The notes below the pieces were generated by a model. That model was not told the origin of the DNA, did no database searches, and saw only the letters and a program-made list of their open reading frames with translations. Below are positions 44,726-53,156 of a DNA stretch of 64,000 nt, piece by piece; the first letter of the stretch is position 1, and every line of letters begins with the position of its first letter. Source of the stretch: Eubacteriales bacterium (GTDB taxonomy: Bacteria; Bacillota; Clostridia; Oscillospirales; UMGS1783); the NCBI GenBank assembly GCA_045541395.1, contig JAZQIZ010000001.1, forward strand, positions 21,233 through 85,232, written 5' to 3'. A program made the position numbers and the translations under genes.

Positions 44726-45610
44726 ATGCAGAAAATATCTCTTACAATACCCTCTGACCTTTCGGGGAAAGACGTTAAAACCGTACTTATTAAAAATATG
44801 GGAGTATCTTCAAGTCTTGTTTCAAAAGTAAAACTCAGAGATAATGGCATTCTTTTAAACGGGAAAAGAGTTTTTACAAACGCGATTGTTTGCAAAGGAG
44901 ATTTTCTTGAGTTTGATATTTCAGATTCCGAGCCGGAATTTACAATTAAACAAATTGAATATCCCTTAGATATTGTTTTTGAGGATGATAACCTTATTGT
45001 AATAAATAAACCTGCGCCAATGGCTGTTTATGCTTCCGATAAGGTAGAAGGGCCCTGTACCCTTGCAAATGCACTTGCAGCTTATTATAAAACGGGAGAA
45101 TTTATTCTTCACGTTGTAAACAGGCTTGACAGAGGTACAACAGGCCTTATGATAGTTGCAAAAAACTCCTTCGCTCATGAGAAACTTATAAAAGATCTTC
45201 ATACCGAGAAATTCGTCAGGGAATACCTTGCCGTGGCAGTAGGGACACCCAACCCCACCGAAGGGAAAATAGAACTGCCTATAAGCCGTGAGCCTGATTC
45301 ACTAATTAAAAGAAGAATTGATGAAGAAGGTGCATATGCTTTAACTGAATATAAAACAGTAAGCCAAAACAAAAAATTCTCTCTTATTCGCCTTCGTCTT
45401 AAAACCGGACGTACCCATCAGATACGTCTCCACCTCTCAGCTATAGGGTGTCCTCTTGCAGGTGATTTCCTGTATGGCGCTGAAGATAAAGATCTTATTA
45501 GCCGACCGGCGTTACATTCTCACGAAATATGGTTTACTCATCCCGTAACCAAAGAAGAACTTCATTTCACTGCCCCATTACCTAAAGATATGAAATCTCT
45601 CATAAAATAA
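44726..45610 (+). CDS. RluA-family pseudouridine synthase (S4 domain plus catalytic domain)
   Basis: HVVNRLDRGTTGLMIVAKN (catalytic Asp), GRTHQIRLH. GAGGA SD before the ATG at 44726. Confidence 0.85.
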   Translation: MQKISLTIPSDLSGKDVKTVLIKNMGVSSSLVSKVKLRDNGILLNGKRVFTNAIVCKGDFLEFDISDSEPEFTIKQIEYPLDIVFEDDNLIVINKPAPMAVYASDKVEGPCTLANALAAYYKTGEFILHVVNRLDRGTTGLMIVAKNSFAHEKLIKDLHTEKFVREYLAVAVGTPNPTEGKIELPISREPDSLIKRRIDEEGAYALTEYKTVSQNKKFSLIRLRLKTGRTHQIRLHLSAIGCPLAGDFLYGAEDKDLISRPALHSHEIWFTHPVTKEELHFTAPLPKDMKSLIK

Positions 45611-45640
45611 AGGAACGACATTAGTCGTTCCTTTATTTGT
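45611..45640. terminator. Bidirectional terminator
   Basis: aggaacgac pairs with gtcgttcct, followed by a T run. It also closes the minus-strand CobW operon. Confidence 0.8.
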
Positions 45641-45758
45641 ATATAGCGCTCTTAAAATTGATATTAGTTGCAAAAACTTGTTCAATAGAATCCAGAACTT
45701 CTTTAATTGTAACAGTGTTGGGTTTGTTATTATGAAATAGTTTAATGATATTATCCAT
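45633..45758 (-). CDS. Candidate 41-aa micro-protein, translationally coupled to the upstream GTPase-like gene
   Basis: Hand translation gives MDNIIKLFHNNKPNTVTIKEVLDSIEQVFATNINFKSAIYK*. Its ATG overlaps the upstream TGA (TGATG). Its TAA stop (45633-45635) lies at the edge of the terminator hairpin. Below the 60-aa cutoff of the ORF track. Confidence 0.3.
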   Translation of the reverse strand: MDNIIKLFHNNKPNTVTIKEVLDSIEQVFATNINFKSAIYK

Positions 45759-46699
45759 CAGTCAAATGATGCAACCTCAGGTTCGGGCCTGTCTGCAGGT
45801 TCTATACTAATAGCTGTTAAAACAGGGCCTTTTGTTGCATAAACGGGGGTGTATTTCATTTCAACGGATGCGGTTATTTCCACCCAATCTCTTGTGTTTA
45901 ACTGATTTGCGTTTTCGCACATCAAAAGCAGGCCTGCATATGTAATATCGTCAACACAGCATGTCATAACGTGTCTTCCCACTACCACAGAATCAGGCGG
46001 TAATTTGGGGTTCTTGGCAACAATGCCTGTAAAACGAACCTTTTTCCCGTCGTAGGTATCGGGGCTTTCTGCAAGATCCCTGTAAAAATATGCGTAATCC
46101 CTGTCTGCAATTTCAATTATATCTGCATTAACATCAAAGGGTAGAGGGTCTTCTATAGTATCGTAGTCAACAGTGCCGTCAATATGCTCGTAAGCTATAT
46201 CACAGCCGCGGTTTGCGCCTCTTACTATTTTGTGTATGGGCATCATATCAAATTCAAATGGGGTGCGGTTAATAACAAGAAGTTCACAGCTTTTAAGCTT
46301 GTCATACATCAGGCTACGCATATTTGCGTTATAGTTTATAAAGGTAGTAAAATCTGCAAACATAAATTCCTGATATATTATCCAGTTTTTCGGCATTGCA
46401 CTATAAAGAATTTCTGAAAGCCACATTCCGTTGTATTCAATAATAGTGCGCTTTACGTTATGCTTCTTTTCAAAGTATGAAAGGGTTTTGGCTGTAAGCT
46501 TTTCAGGTTCATCAATAACTTCTACGAAAACGTTGGAGGCCGAAAATGTGCTTGGTTCATATTCCTCAATTCCTTCTTCGCAAAGAATAAGCAGGGTCCT
46601 CTGACCGTCATTAAAACGTTCGTCTTCTAAGGTCTCCTGAATAAACTTTGTTTTGCCTGCCTCTAAAAAGCCTGTAAATAAATAAACCGGTATTTCCAT
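45758..46699 (-). CDS. G3E/CobW-like P-loop domain fused to a DUF1980-like C-terminal domain
   Basis: N-terminus has Walker A TGFLEAGKT but no CxCC motif. C-terminus GKKVRFTGIV...VVVGRHVMTCCVDDITYAGLLL...RDWVEITASV resembles the MxCCxxD domain of DUF1980/TIGR03943 proteins (from memory). GGAG SD. Confidence 0.6.
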   Translation of the reverse strand: MEIPVYLFTGFLEAGKTKFIQETLEDERFNDGQRTLLILCEEGIEEYEPSTFSASNVFVEVIDEPEKLTAKTLSYFEKKHNVKRTIIEYNGMWLSEILYSAMPKNWIIYQEFMFADFTTFINYNANMRSLMYDKLKSCELLVINRTPFEFDMMPIHKIVRGANRGCDIAYEHIDGTVDYDTIEDPLPFDVNADIIEIADRDYAYFYRDLAESPDTYDGKKVRFTGIVAKNPKLPPDSVVVGRHVMTCCVDDITYAGLLLMCENANQLNTRDWVEITASVEMKYTPVYATKGPVLTAISIEPADRPEPEVASFD

Positions 46700-46701
46700 T
46701 G

Positions 46702-47742
46702 TTAAACTCCGAATAATTCCTTTATTGTTTCTTCTTTAATGTTGGCGCCGATAACGCAAATTCTGCCTGTAATATCTGCGCCGCCGTTTCTTACTTCCCA
46801 TTCCCCGGGAACGTAGTCAAAATGAAGCCAACCGTCATTTCCTTCAATAATGCCCTTTGCTCTTAATACAGAGCCGTATTCATCTTTATCAAGCTGTGAC
46901 AGAATTGCTTCAAGACCATCTTTAGTAAATTTCTTGGCAGTTTCAAATCCTACGCTTTGGAATATCTCATCAGCGTGGTGATGATGGTGATGCTCGTGGC
47001 CGCATTCGCATTCCTCATCATGGTGATGATGGTGCTCGTGGCCGCATTCACACTCCTCATCGTGGTGATGGTGATGATGTCCTCCGCAGCAAGGGCAAAT
47101 TTCTTCCTCTTCGTGCTCCTTCTGTAGCTTTTCAAGCTGGAAGGATAAGGTGTTCTGTCTTTCCATAGCCGCCTTTATAATCGTACCGTCAAGGGAATCC
47201 CAATCTGTTGTAACAATTACTGCCTGAGGGTTATGCGCCTTGATCAGATCAACAGCTTCTTTTATCTTTTCGGGCTTTGCATCTGAGGTGCGGCTTAAAA
47301 TAATTGCATTGGCGTGTTCTATTTGGTTATTAAAGAATTCGCCGAAATTCTTCATGTATATTTTGCATTTTTTAACGTCAACAATAGTAGTAAAGCTGTT
47401 AAGCTCAATATTATCGTCAACACCCTTTACTGCCGCAATAACGTCACTAAGCTTTCCAACGCCCGAAGGCTCTATAAGTATTCTGTCGGGGTTAAACTGT
47501 GTAAGCACCTGCTTCAATGCCTTTGAAAAATCACCAACAAGGCTACAGCAAATACAGCCCTGGCTCATTTCGGTTATCTCAATTCCGGCATCCTTCAAAA
47601 AGCCGCCGTCAATACCTATTTCTCCGAATTCATTTTCAATAAGCACAAGCTTTTCGCCTTTGTATGCTTCTTTAATAAGCTTTTTAATAAGGGTGGTTTT
47701 GCCTGCTCCTAAAAAACCTGAGAATATATCAATTTTAGTCAT
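46702..47742 (-). CDS. COG0523 (CobW/ZigA-type) metallochaperone GTPase with His-rich insert
   Basis: Walker A GFLGAGKTT, metal motif GCICCS, ENEFGE, and the insert CPCCGGHHHHHHDEECECGHEHHHHHDEECECGHEHHHHHH before the CobW_C-like domain. Confidence 0.85.
   Translation of the reverse strand: MTKIDIFSGFLGAGKTTLIKKLIKEAYKGEKLVLIENEFGEIGIDGGFLKDAGIEITEMSQGCICCSLVGDFSKALKQVLTQFNPDRILIEPSGVGKLSDVIAAVKGVDDNIELNSFTTIVDVKKCKIYMKNFGEFFNNQIEHANAIILSRTSDAKPEKIKEAVDLIKAHNPQAVIVTTDWDSLDGTIIKAAMERQNTLSFQLEKLQKEHEEEEICPCCGGHHHHHHDEECECGHEHHHHHDEECECGHEHHHHHHADEIFQSVGFETAKKFTKDGLEAILSQLDKDEYGSVLRAKGIIEGNDGWLHFDYVPGEWEVRNGGADITGRICVIGANIKEETIKELFGV
46972..47085 (-). repeat. In-frame 42-bp tandem repeat (~2.5 copies) encoding DEECECGHEHHHHH
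   Basis: Plus-strand units start at 46993 and 47035 (ctcgtggccgcattc...), with ~5 differences in 42 nt. Confidence 0.85.
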
Positions 47743-47886
47743 AAATACACTTCCTTTATTTTTTCTTATACTATTTTAATACTTAATTAGTTTTTTTTCA
47801 AGTGTAAGGGGAAAATGTTTAAATTCTATTGATTTTTTTGTTTTGCGGTAATATAATTCAACTGAAAAAATACAAAGGAGGCTATT

Positions 47887-48651
47887 ATGAATAAAAAGGT
47901 TTTACTTGTTTTGTGTGACGGTATGCGCCCCGATGCTTTGGAACAGCTCAAACATCCATTTTATCTTAAAATGAAGGAAGAGGGAAGCTTTTCCCTGGAT
48001 GCTCAAACTGTATTTCCGTCGGTTACCCTCCCATGCCATATGTCGTTATTCCATAGCGTTACCCCACAAAGACACGGCACAACCACAAATACATATATGC
48101 CGCAGGTTCGCCCTATTGACGGCCTATGCGAACAACTTAAAAAGTATGATAAAACCAGCGCTATGTTTTATAACTGGGAGGAGCTTAAGGACCTTACCCG
48201 CCCGGATTCTATGATACATACCTATTATGCCTCCGGCCATTTTTTAGGTTATGATAAGGCACAGCCTCTTTGCGTAAACAACTGCATTAGCTTCCTTAAA
48301 GAATTCACACCCGATTTTGCATTTTTGTATTTAGGTGAACCCGATGAAAAAGGCCATAATTTCGGCTGGATGGGCAAGGAGTATATGGATTCGCTTAATG
48401 CCTGTTGGGATCACATTAAAAAGGTTGCTGACGACTTAGGTGAGGATTATACAATAATCGTTACTGCAGACCACGGCGGACATGATCGCACACACGGATA
48501 CGATATTCCTGAGGATATGGTAATACCTGTGCTTGTAAGTATCCCCGGGCTTAATATGAAAGACCTTAATATAATGGATATTGCCCCTTCCGTATGCAAT
48601 CTTTTAAATATTCCCGCAAATAAGGAATGGGAAGGCAAGGCCTTTGTATGA
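47887..48651 (+). CDS. Alkaline-phosphatase-superfamily enzyme (type I phosphodiesterase / nucleotide pyrophosphatase-like)
   Basis: LVLCDGMRPD, TVFPSVTLPCHMS (nucleophile region), EPDEKGH, ADHGGHD. SD AAGGAGG. Confidence 0.7.
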   Translation: MNKKVLLVLCDGMRPDALEQLKHPFYLKMKEEGSFSLDAQTVFPSVTLPCHMSLFHSVTPQRHGTTTNTYMPQVRPIDGLCEQLKKYDKTSAMFYNWEELKDLTRPDSMIHTYYASGHFLGYDKAQPLCVNNCISFLKEFTPDFAFLYLGEPDEKGHNFGWMGKEYMDSLNACWDHIKKVADDLGEDYTIIVTADHGGHDRTHGYDIPEDMVIPVLVSIPGLNMKDLNIMDIAPSVCNLLNIPANKEWEGKAFV

Positions 48652-49838
48652 TAAACTATAAAAAATTAGGCTTTCTTTGTTGTCTTGTGTATTTCGTAAG
48701 TTATATAACCCGTATTAATTACGGCGCTGCAATAGCTGAAATAGTTGCTGATATGCAAATAACCAAGGAAATGGCAAGCTATGCTGTAACCGGAAGCTTT
48801 ATAACCTACGGTGTAGGGCAGATATTCAGCGGCATCTTAGGCGACAAATTTAAGCCAAGGCATTTAATTGTAGTTGGACTTTTGGGTACCGCTATTGTAA
48901 ATTTGTCGGTTGTATTCTTGCAAAGTATTGCTGCAATAACCGTAGTATGGTGTTTTAACGGCTTTTTCCAGGCCCTTATGTGGCCGCCCCTTGTTCGAAT
49001 TCAATCTGAAAATATGACTGAGGAACAGTATGCTGTTTCCATAAGAAATGTTTCTGCTGCATCCTCAGTTGCAACCATTGCTATCTATGTTATTGTTCCT
49101 CTTGCAATTTCAATTTCCGGCTGGCGCATAGCGTTTTTATTTGCCGCAGCCGCCGCTTTGGTCACAATCCTTATTTGGTATAAGGGCACTGCCAATATAA
49201 AAGAGGGAAGTGTTGCTTTGCAAAAGGATAACAGCCAAACTTCATCATTAAAGGGAAGCGGCATAATTTTATTCCTTTTGCCTATAATGATAGCCATTGT
49301 TTTGCAAGGCACTTTAAGAGACGGTATTACCACCTGGATGCCTTCTTATATTTCCGAGGTGTTCAATATGGGAACATCCGCTTCCATTCTTACAGGGGCA
49401 GTGTTACCGATATTCAGTATTTTCAGCGTAAGTATTGCAACCTCCCTTGAAAGGAAAATAGGCAATCCTGTAAAAACAGGTGCACTGCTTTTCGGTATAG
49501 GACTATTTGGCTGTGCGGTTATGATCCCTCTTTATAAGGTAAGCGTTTTCATTTGTATTTTTCTTATGGCTCTTATTACCGCCTGTATGCACGGTGTGAA
49601 TATAATGCTTATAGGCCGTATTCCTGCCTATTTCCAAAAATACGGCAAGGTTTCAACAATTTCGGGGATACTTAACTCCTGTACTTATATAGGTTCTGCC
49701 GCCTCAACTTATGGCTTTGCAGTGCTTTCCGATAATTTCGGTTGGAGTATCACTATATGCTGTTGGGCGGTTTTAGGGCTTTTGGGTACTTTACTTTGTA
49801 TTATTTGCATTAAGCACTGGAAAAAAATTTTTCAATAG
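48648..49838 (+). CDS. MFS transporter
   Basis: ~12 TM segments and the G-x-L-G-D-K-F-K-P-R loop motif. The ATG at 48648 overlaps the upstream stop (ATGA). Confidence 0.8.
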   Translation: MINYKKLGFLCCLVYFVSYITRINYGAAIAEIVADMQITKEMASYAVTGSFITYGVGQIFSGILGDKFKPRHLIVVGLLGTAIVNLSVVFLQSIAAITVVWCFNGFFQALMWPPLVRIQSENMTEEQYAVSIRNVSAASSVATIAIYVIVPLAISISGWRIAFLFAAAAALVTILIWYKGTANIKEGSVALQKDNSQTSSLKGSGIILFLLPIMIAIVLQGTLRDGITTWMPSYISEVFNMGTSASILTGAVLPIFSIFSVSIATSLERKIGNPVKTGALLFGIGLFGCAVMIPLYKVSVFICIFLMALITACMHGVNIMLIGRIPAYFQKYGKVSTISGILNSCTYIGSAASTYGFAVLSDNFGWSITICCWAVLGLLGTLLCIICIKHWKKIFQ

Positions 49839-49840
49839 AT

Positions 49841-49868
49841 AAAACGGCGCAACAGCGCCGTTTTTTAT
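49841..49868 (+). terminator. Terminator
   Basis: aaaacggcgc pairs with gcgccgtttt, followed by a T run. Confidence 0.85.
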
Positions 49869-49923
49869 TGATTTTTCTCTTTGAATATTATATTATATCT
49901 GTAATAAAATAAAGGATACTCTT

Positions 49924-50541
49924 ATGAAAACAGTTTATATTATTTTTTCGCATACTGCCTCTAATATGGGTCGGTTTATACGGTTTATTACTAAAAATGA
50001 ATATAACCACGTTTCTCTTTCGTTGAATAAAGCCTCCTATATGCTTTATTCCTTTGCCCGTCATTATGCTAAAGCACCTTTTTACGGCGGTTTTATAGAG
50101 GAATCGCCTTTGCGGTACAAAGGCGCCAAAATAAAAGTTTGTGAAATAGAAGTAACAGAAGAAAGCTATAATATTCTGAATAATGAAATAAACAGTGCCC
50201 TTAAACAAAAGGATAAATATATTTATAATTTAATTTCAGCCATATTCTTTCCCTTTAGAAAAAGAATTTATTTAAATTATTCGTATACCTGCCTTGAATT
50301 TGCAGTGGATACTTTATCTAAGGCTCAAATAAATTCAGTTGAAAATAAGTTTTATTCCGTTGCGGATTTTGAGGATATGTTTAAGGATTATGTAATTTAT
50401 GAGGGCGAATATACTCCTGATGATTCAATAGGCTGGGGAAACGATACATATAATATTAAGGCTTCGTTCGGTTTTCTTTTCAAATCAACTGCTATAAATA
50501 TTTTAAAGCTTTTAGGTCGTTGCTTTCAAAAAAAGCAATAA
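49924..50541 (+). CDS. Hypothetical protein, possibly a permuted papain-like (YiiX/NlpC-P60 superfamily) fold
   Basis: His precedes Cys (YNHVSLSL ... YSYTCLEFAV), as in circularly permuted NlpC/P60 enzymes. Weak, by eye. Confidence 0.35.
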   Translation: MKTVYIIFSHTASNMGRFIRFITKNEYNHVSLSLNKASYMLYSFARHYAKAPFYGGFIEESPLRYKGAKIKVCEIEVTEESYNILNNEINSALKQKDKYIYNLISAIFFPFRKRIYLNYSYTCLEFAVDTLSKAQINSVENKFYSVADFEDMFKDYVIYEGEYTPDDSIGWGNDTYNIKASFGFLFKSTAINILKLLGRCFQKKQ

Positions 50542-50559
50542 GCTTTTAGCTTATTGCTT
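50533..50559. terminator. Bidirectional terminator
   Basis: aagcaataagc pairs with gcttattgctt. It overlaps both stops. Confidence 0.7.
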
Positions 50560-51235
50560 ATAATATGTTTTTCAGTTCGTAAAGGTTTTTTATTTCATAA
50601 TCAATGGTAATATCCCTGTCACAAACATTTGCTTCAGGATTGAACCAGCATTTTTTAATACCTGCGTTTTGCGCACCTTGCATATCGGAAGAAAGCGAAT
50701 CGCCCACAAGAAGTATCTCGTCGGTATTTGTAATATTTGCAGTTTTGATGCAGTGATCAAAAAAACGTTTATCCGGCTTGTTTACTCCGATTTCCTGGGA
50801 AATAAATAAATAATCAAAATACTTATCCAGTCCTGAAACGGAAAGTCTGCTATGTTGAGTGGAGGATATGCCGTTAGTAACAACACAAAGGCAGTATTTA
50901 TCCTTTAAATATTCAAGAATATCTATACAGCCTTCCACCATAACGTGCTGTAGGCTAAGGTTATCGTTATACATAGTATTAAAAAGGGGAATATCTACCT
51001 CCTTTTTTAAAATGCTGAAAAAATCCTCGAACCTTTTAATTCTCAATTGCGGCAGAGTAACCTCTTTTTTTTCGAGCTTTTTCCAGTAACACATATTAAT
51101 TTTTGAGTATAACGGATATACGTTTTCTTCGCGTTTAACACCAAAATGGTCCAACGTTTTATTAAGCGCGGCCTCTGCGCATTTTTCAAAATCCAAAAGT
51201 GTGCCGTCTATATCAAGAAAAATATATTTATACAT
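50558..51235 (-). CDS. HAD-family hydrolase (YjjG-like nucleotidase subfamily IA)
   Basis: FLDIDGTLLDF, VVTNG, VGDSLSSD. Confidence 0.8.
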   Translation of the reverse strand: MYKYIFLDIDGTLLDFEKCAEAALNKTLDHFGVKREENVYPLYSKINMCYWKKLEKKEVTLPQLRIKRFEDFFSILKKEVDIPLFNTMYNDNLSLQHVMVEGCIDILEYLKDKYCLCVVTNGISSTQHSRLSVSGLDKYFDYLFISQEIGVNKPDKRFFDHCIKTANITNTDEILLVGDSLSSDMQGAQNAGIKKCWFNPEANVCDRDITIDYEIKNLYELKNIL

Positions 51236-51314
51236 TGTATTTTCCTCCCGTAAACAGTATAATATATTTAATTAATTATGTCAAAAACTAATTAAAAATA
51301 GAAAGGGAAAATTT

Positions 51315-52103
51315 ATGAAAGAAAGATTCTGTATTGATTTTAATCTTCATCGCTCTGCCGATAATTACAAGGAAAAGTTCGTCTTCTATAAAGAGGCGGG
51401 CTTTAACCGTATCTCTCTTGCAGGAAGCGGTTTTAAGGGTTTTATGGAGCCTGAACGTATAGTATGTTTTGCAAAAGATGCAAATGAAGCAGGCTTAAAG
51501 GTAGATAACTATCATCCTTATTTTGCAGATAACAAGTATCTGTGGTATAACTGTCCCGAAAGACAGGAAGTAATTAATAATAATCTTAAAGCCATTAAGG
51601 CTTGCGGTGAAGCCGGGATAGATTCTATTGTAATCCATCCAACCAGCGGCCCTAACAATCTGTTGGTTTCCGGTTTGGGTCTGGATGCTTTTGAGCAGTT
51701 TGTTGCTGCAGGTGAAAAATATAACGTGATTATTTGTATTGAAAATTTAAGAACCCACGTCCATATTGAATTTCTGTTCAATAATATTTCTTCTCCTTAT
51801 CTTGCTTTGGTGCATGATACCGGTCATGAATTTGCTTTCAATAAGGGCATGGAATTCCCTAAAAAGTACGGCAGGCTTGCATTTACCCATATTCATGATA
51901 ATGACGGTTTTGATGATCTTCATCATCTTCCGGGGGATAATGACCTGAATTTTGCAAGAGTTGCCGCTATGTATAAAGAAATAGGTTATGAAGGCCCTCT
52001 GCATCTTGAATCCGGTGTTAAAGATGAAAACTATAACGGTATGGATATGCCTTCTTTCTTAAAAGAAGCATATCAGCGCCTTGTTAATGTGTTCGGTGAA
52101 TAA
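51315..52103 (+). CDS. Sugar phosphate isomerase/epimerase (xylose-isomerase-like TIM barrel)
   Basis: IVIHP, ICIEN, HDTGH and HIHDNDG metal-ligand pattern. Confidence 0.65.
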   Translation: MKERFCIDFNLHRSADNYKEKFVFYKEAGFNRISLAGSGFKGFMEPERIVCFAKDANEAGLKVDNYHPYFADNKYLWYNCPERQEVINNNLKAIKACGEAGIDSIVIHPTSGPNNLLVSGLGLDAFEQFVAAGEKYNVIICIENLRTHVHIEFLFNNISSPYLALVHDTGHEFAFNKGMEFPKKYGRLAFTHIHDNDGFDDLHHLPGDNDLNFARVAAMYKEIGYEGPLHLESGVKDENYNGMDMPSFLKEAYQRLVNVFGE

Positions 52104-52570
52104 TGATAAATACAACACTTTGCTATATAGAACAAGAAAATAAATACCTTATGCTTCACCGTATAAAAAAAGAAAACGATCTTAATAAAGATAAATGGAT
52201 CGGCATCGGCGGTAAGTTCGAAGATAAAGAAAGCCCTGAGGATTGCCTTCTGCGAGAAGTTAAAGAGGAAACAGGTCTTACTTTAAATTCTTTTGCTTAC
52301 AAAGGGATAGTTACCTTTGTTTCCGATAAGTATCCAACAGAATATATGCATCTTTTTAAGTCTGATTCTTTTGTCGGCACATTAAAGGAATGTGATGAAG
52401 GAGTGTTGGAATGGGTTGAAAAAGAATTTATTCTCAGCCTTCCTCTTTGGGAAGGAGACAAAATCTTTTTAAAGCTTTTAGATGAAAACGTTCCTTTCTT
52501 TTCCTTAAAGCTTGAATATTGCGGTGATAGGCTGCAAAGTGCCGTTCTAAACGGAGAAAGGATTAAATAA
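52103..52570 (+). CDS. NUDIX hydrolase (MutT-like)
   Basis: Nudix box GIGGKFEDKESPEDCLLREVKEETGL. Confidence 0.85.
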   Translation: MINTTLCYIEQENKYLMLHRIKKENDLNKDKWIGIGGKFEDKESPEDCLLREVKEETGLTLNSFAYKGIVTFVSDKYPTEYMHLFKSDSFVGTLKECDEGVLEWVEKEFILSLPLWEGDKIFLKLLDENVPFFSLKLEYCGDRLQSAVLNGERIK

Positions 52571-52571
52571 T

Positions 52572-53117
52572 ATGAAAATTATGATTGCATCAGATATTCA
52601 CGGATCAGCTTTTTACTGCCGGCAGCTGTTGGATGCTATGGAAAAGGAAAATCCCGATAAACTTCTGCTTTTGGGTGATATTCTTTATCACGGTCCACGA
52701 AATGACCTTCCGGAAGAATACGGCCCTAAAACCGTAATTCAAATGCTCAATAGTATAAAAGAGAAAATAATCTGTGTTCGCGGCAATTGTGATACCGAAG
52801 TGGATCAGATGGTCCTTGAGTTTCCCATTATGGCAGATTACAGTATTCTGTTCTTTGATTCTCATATGGTTTACGCTACTCACGGACATCATTACAATGA
52901 AGCAAATCCTCCTCATCTCAATAAGGGCGACGTTCTTTTGAACGGACATACCCACGTTTCAAATTGTACCGTTCATCCGAATTTTGTGTATATGAATCCC
53001 GGGTCTGTTTCCATTCCTAAAATGGGTACGAAGCACAGTTATATGATCTATGAAGACAGTACTTTTACCTGGAAAGATTTGCAGGGCGAACCCTATAATA
53101 AATATTCATTTAAATAA
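52572..53117 (+). CDS. YfcE-family metallophosphoesterase
   Basis: ASDIHGS, GDILYHG, GNCD, GHTH. Confidence 0.85.
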   Translation: MKIMIASDIHGSAFYCRQLLDAMEKENPDKLLLLGDILYHGPRNDLPEEYGPKTVIQMLNSIKEKIICVRGNCDTEVDQMVLEFPIMADYSILFFDSHMVYATHGHHYNEANPPHLNKGDVLLNGHTHVSNCTVHPNFVYMNPGSVSIPKMGTKHSYMIYEDSTFTWKDLQGEPYNKYSFK

Positions 53118-53156
53118 AAAAAGCGGCAGTCATTTGACTGCCGCATATATTTTTAT
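53118..53156. terminator. Bidirectional terminator
   Basis: gcggcagt pairs with actgccgc, flanked by A7 and T-rich tracts. Confidence 0.8.

Noticed and set aside
47743-47886. Looked for a Zur/Fur-type palindrome between the CobW operon and the AP-family gene
   Set aside because: No TCGTAAT-N-ATTACGA-like or other 7-bp or longer inverted repeat was seen, so no regulatory site is claimed.
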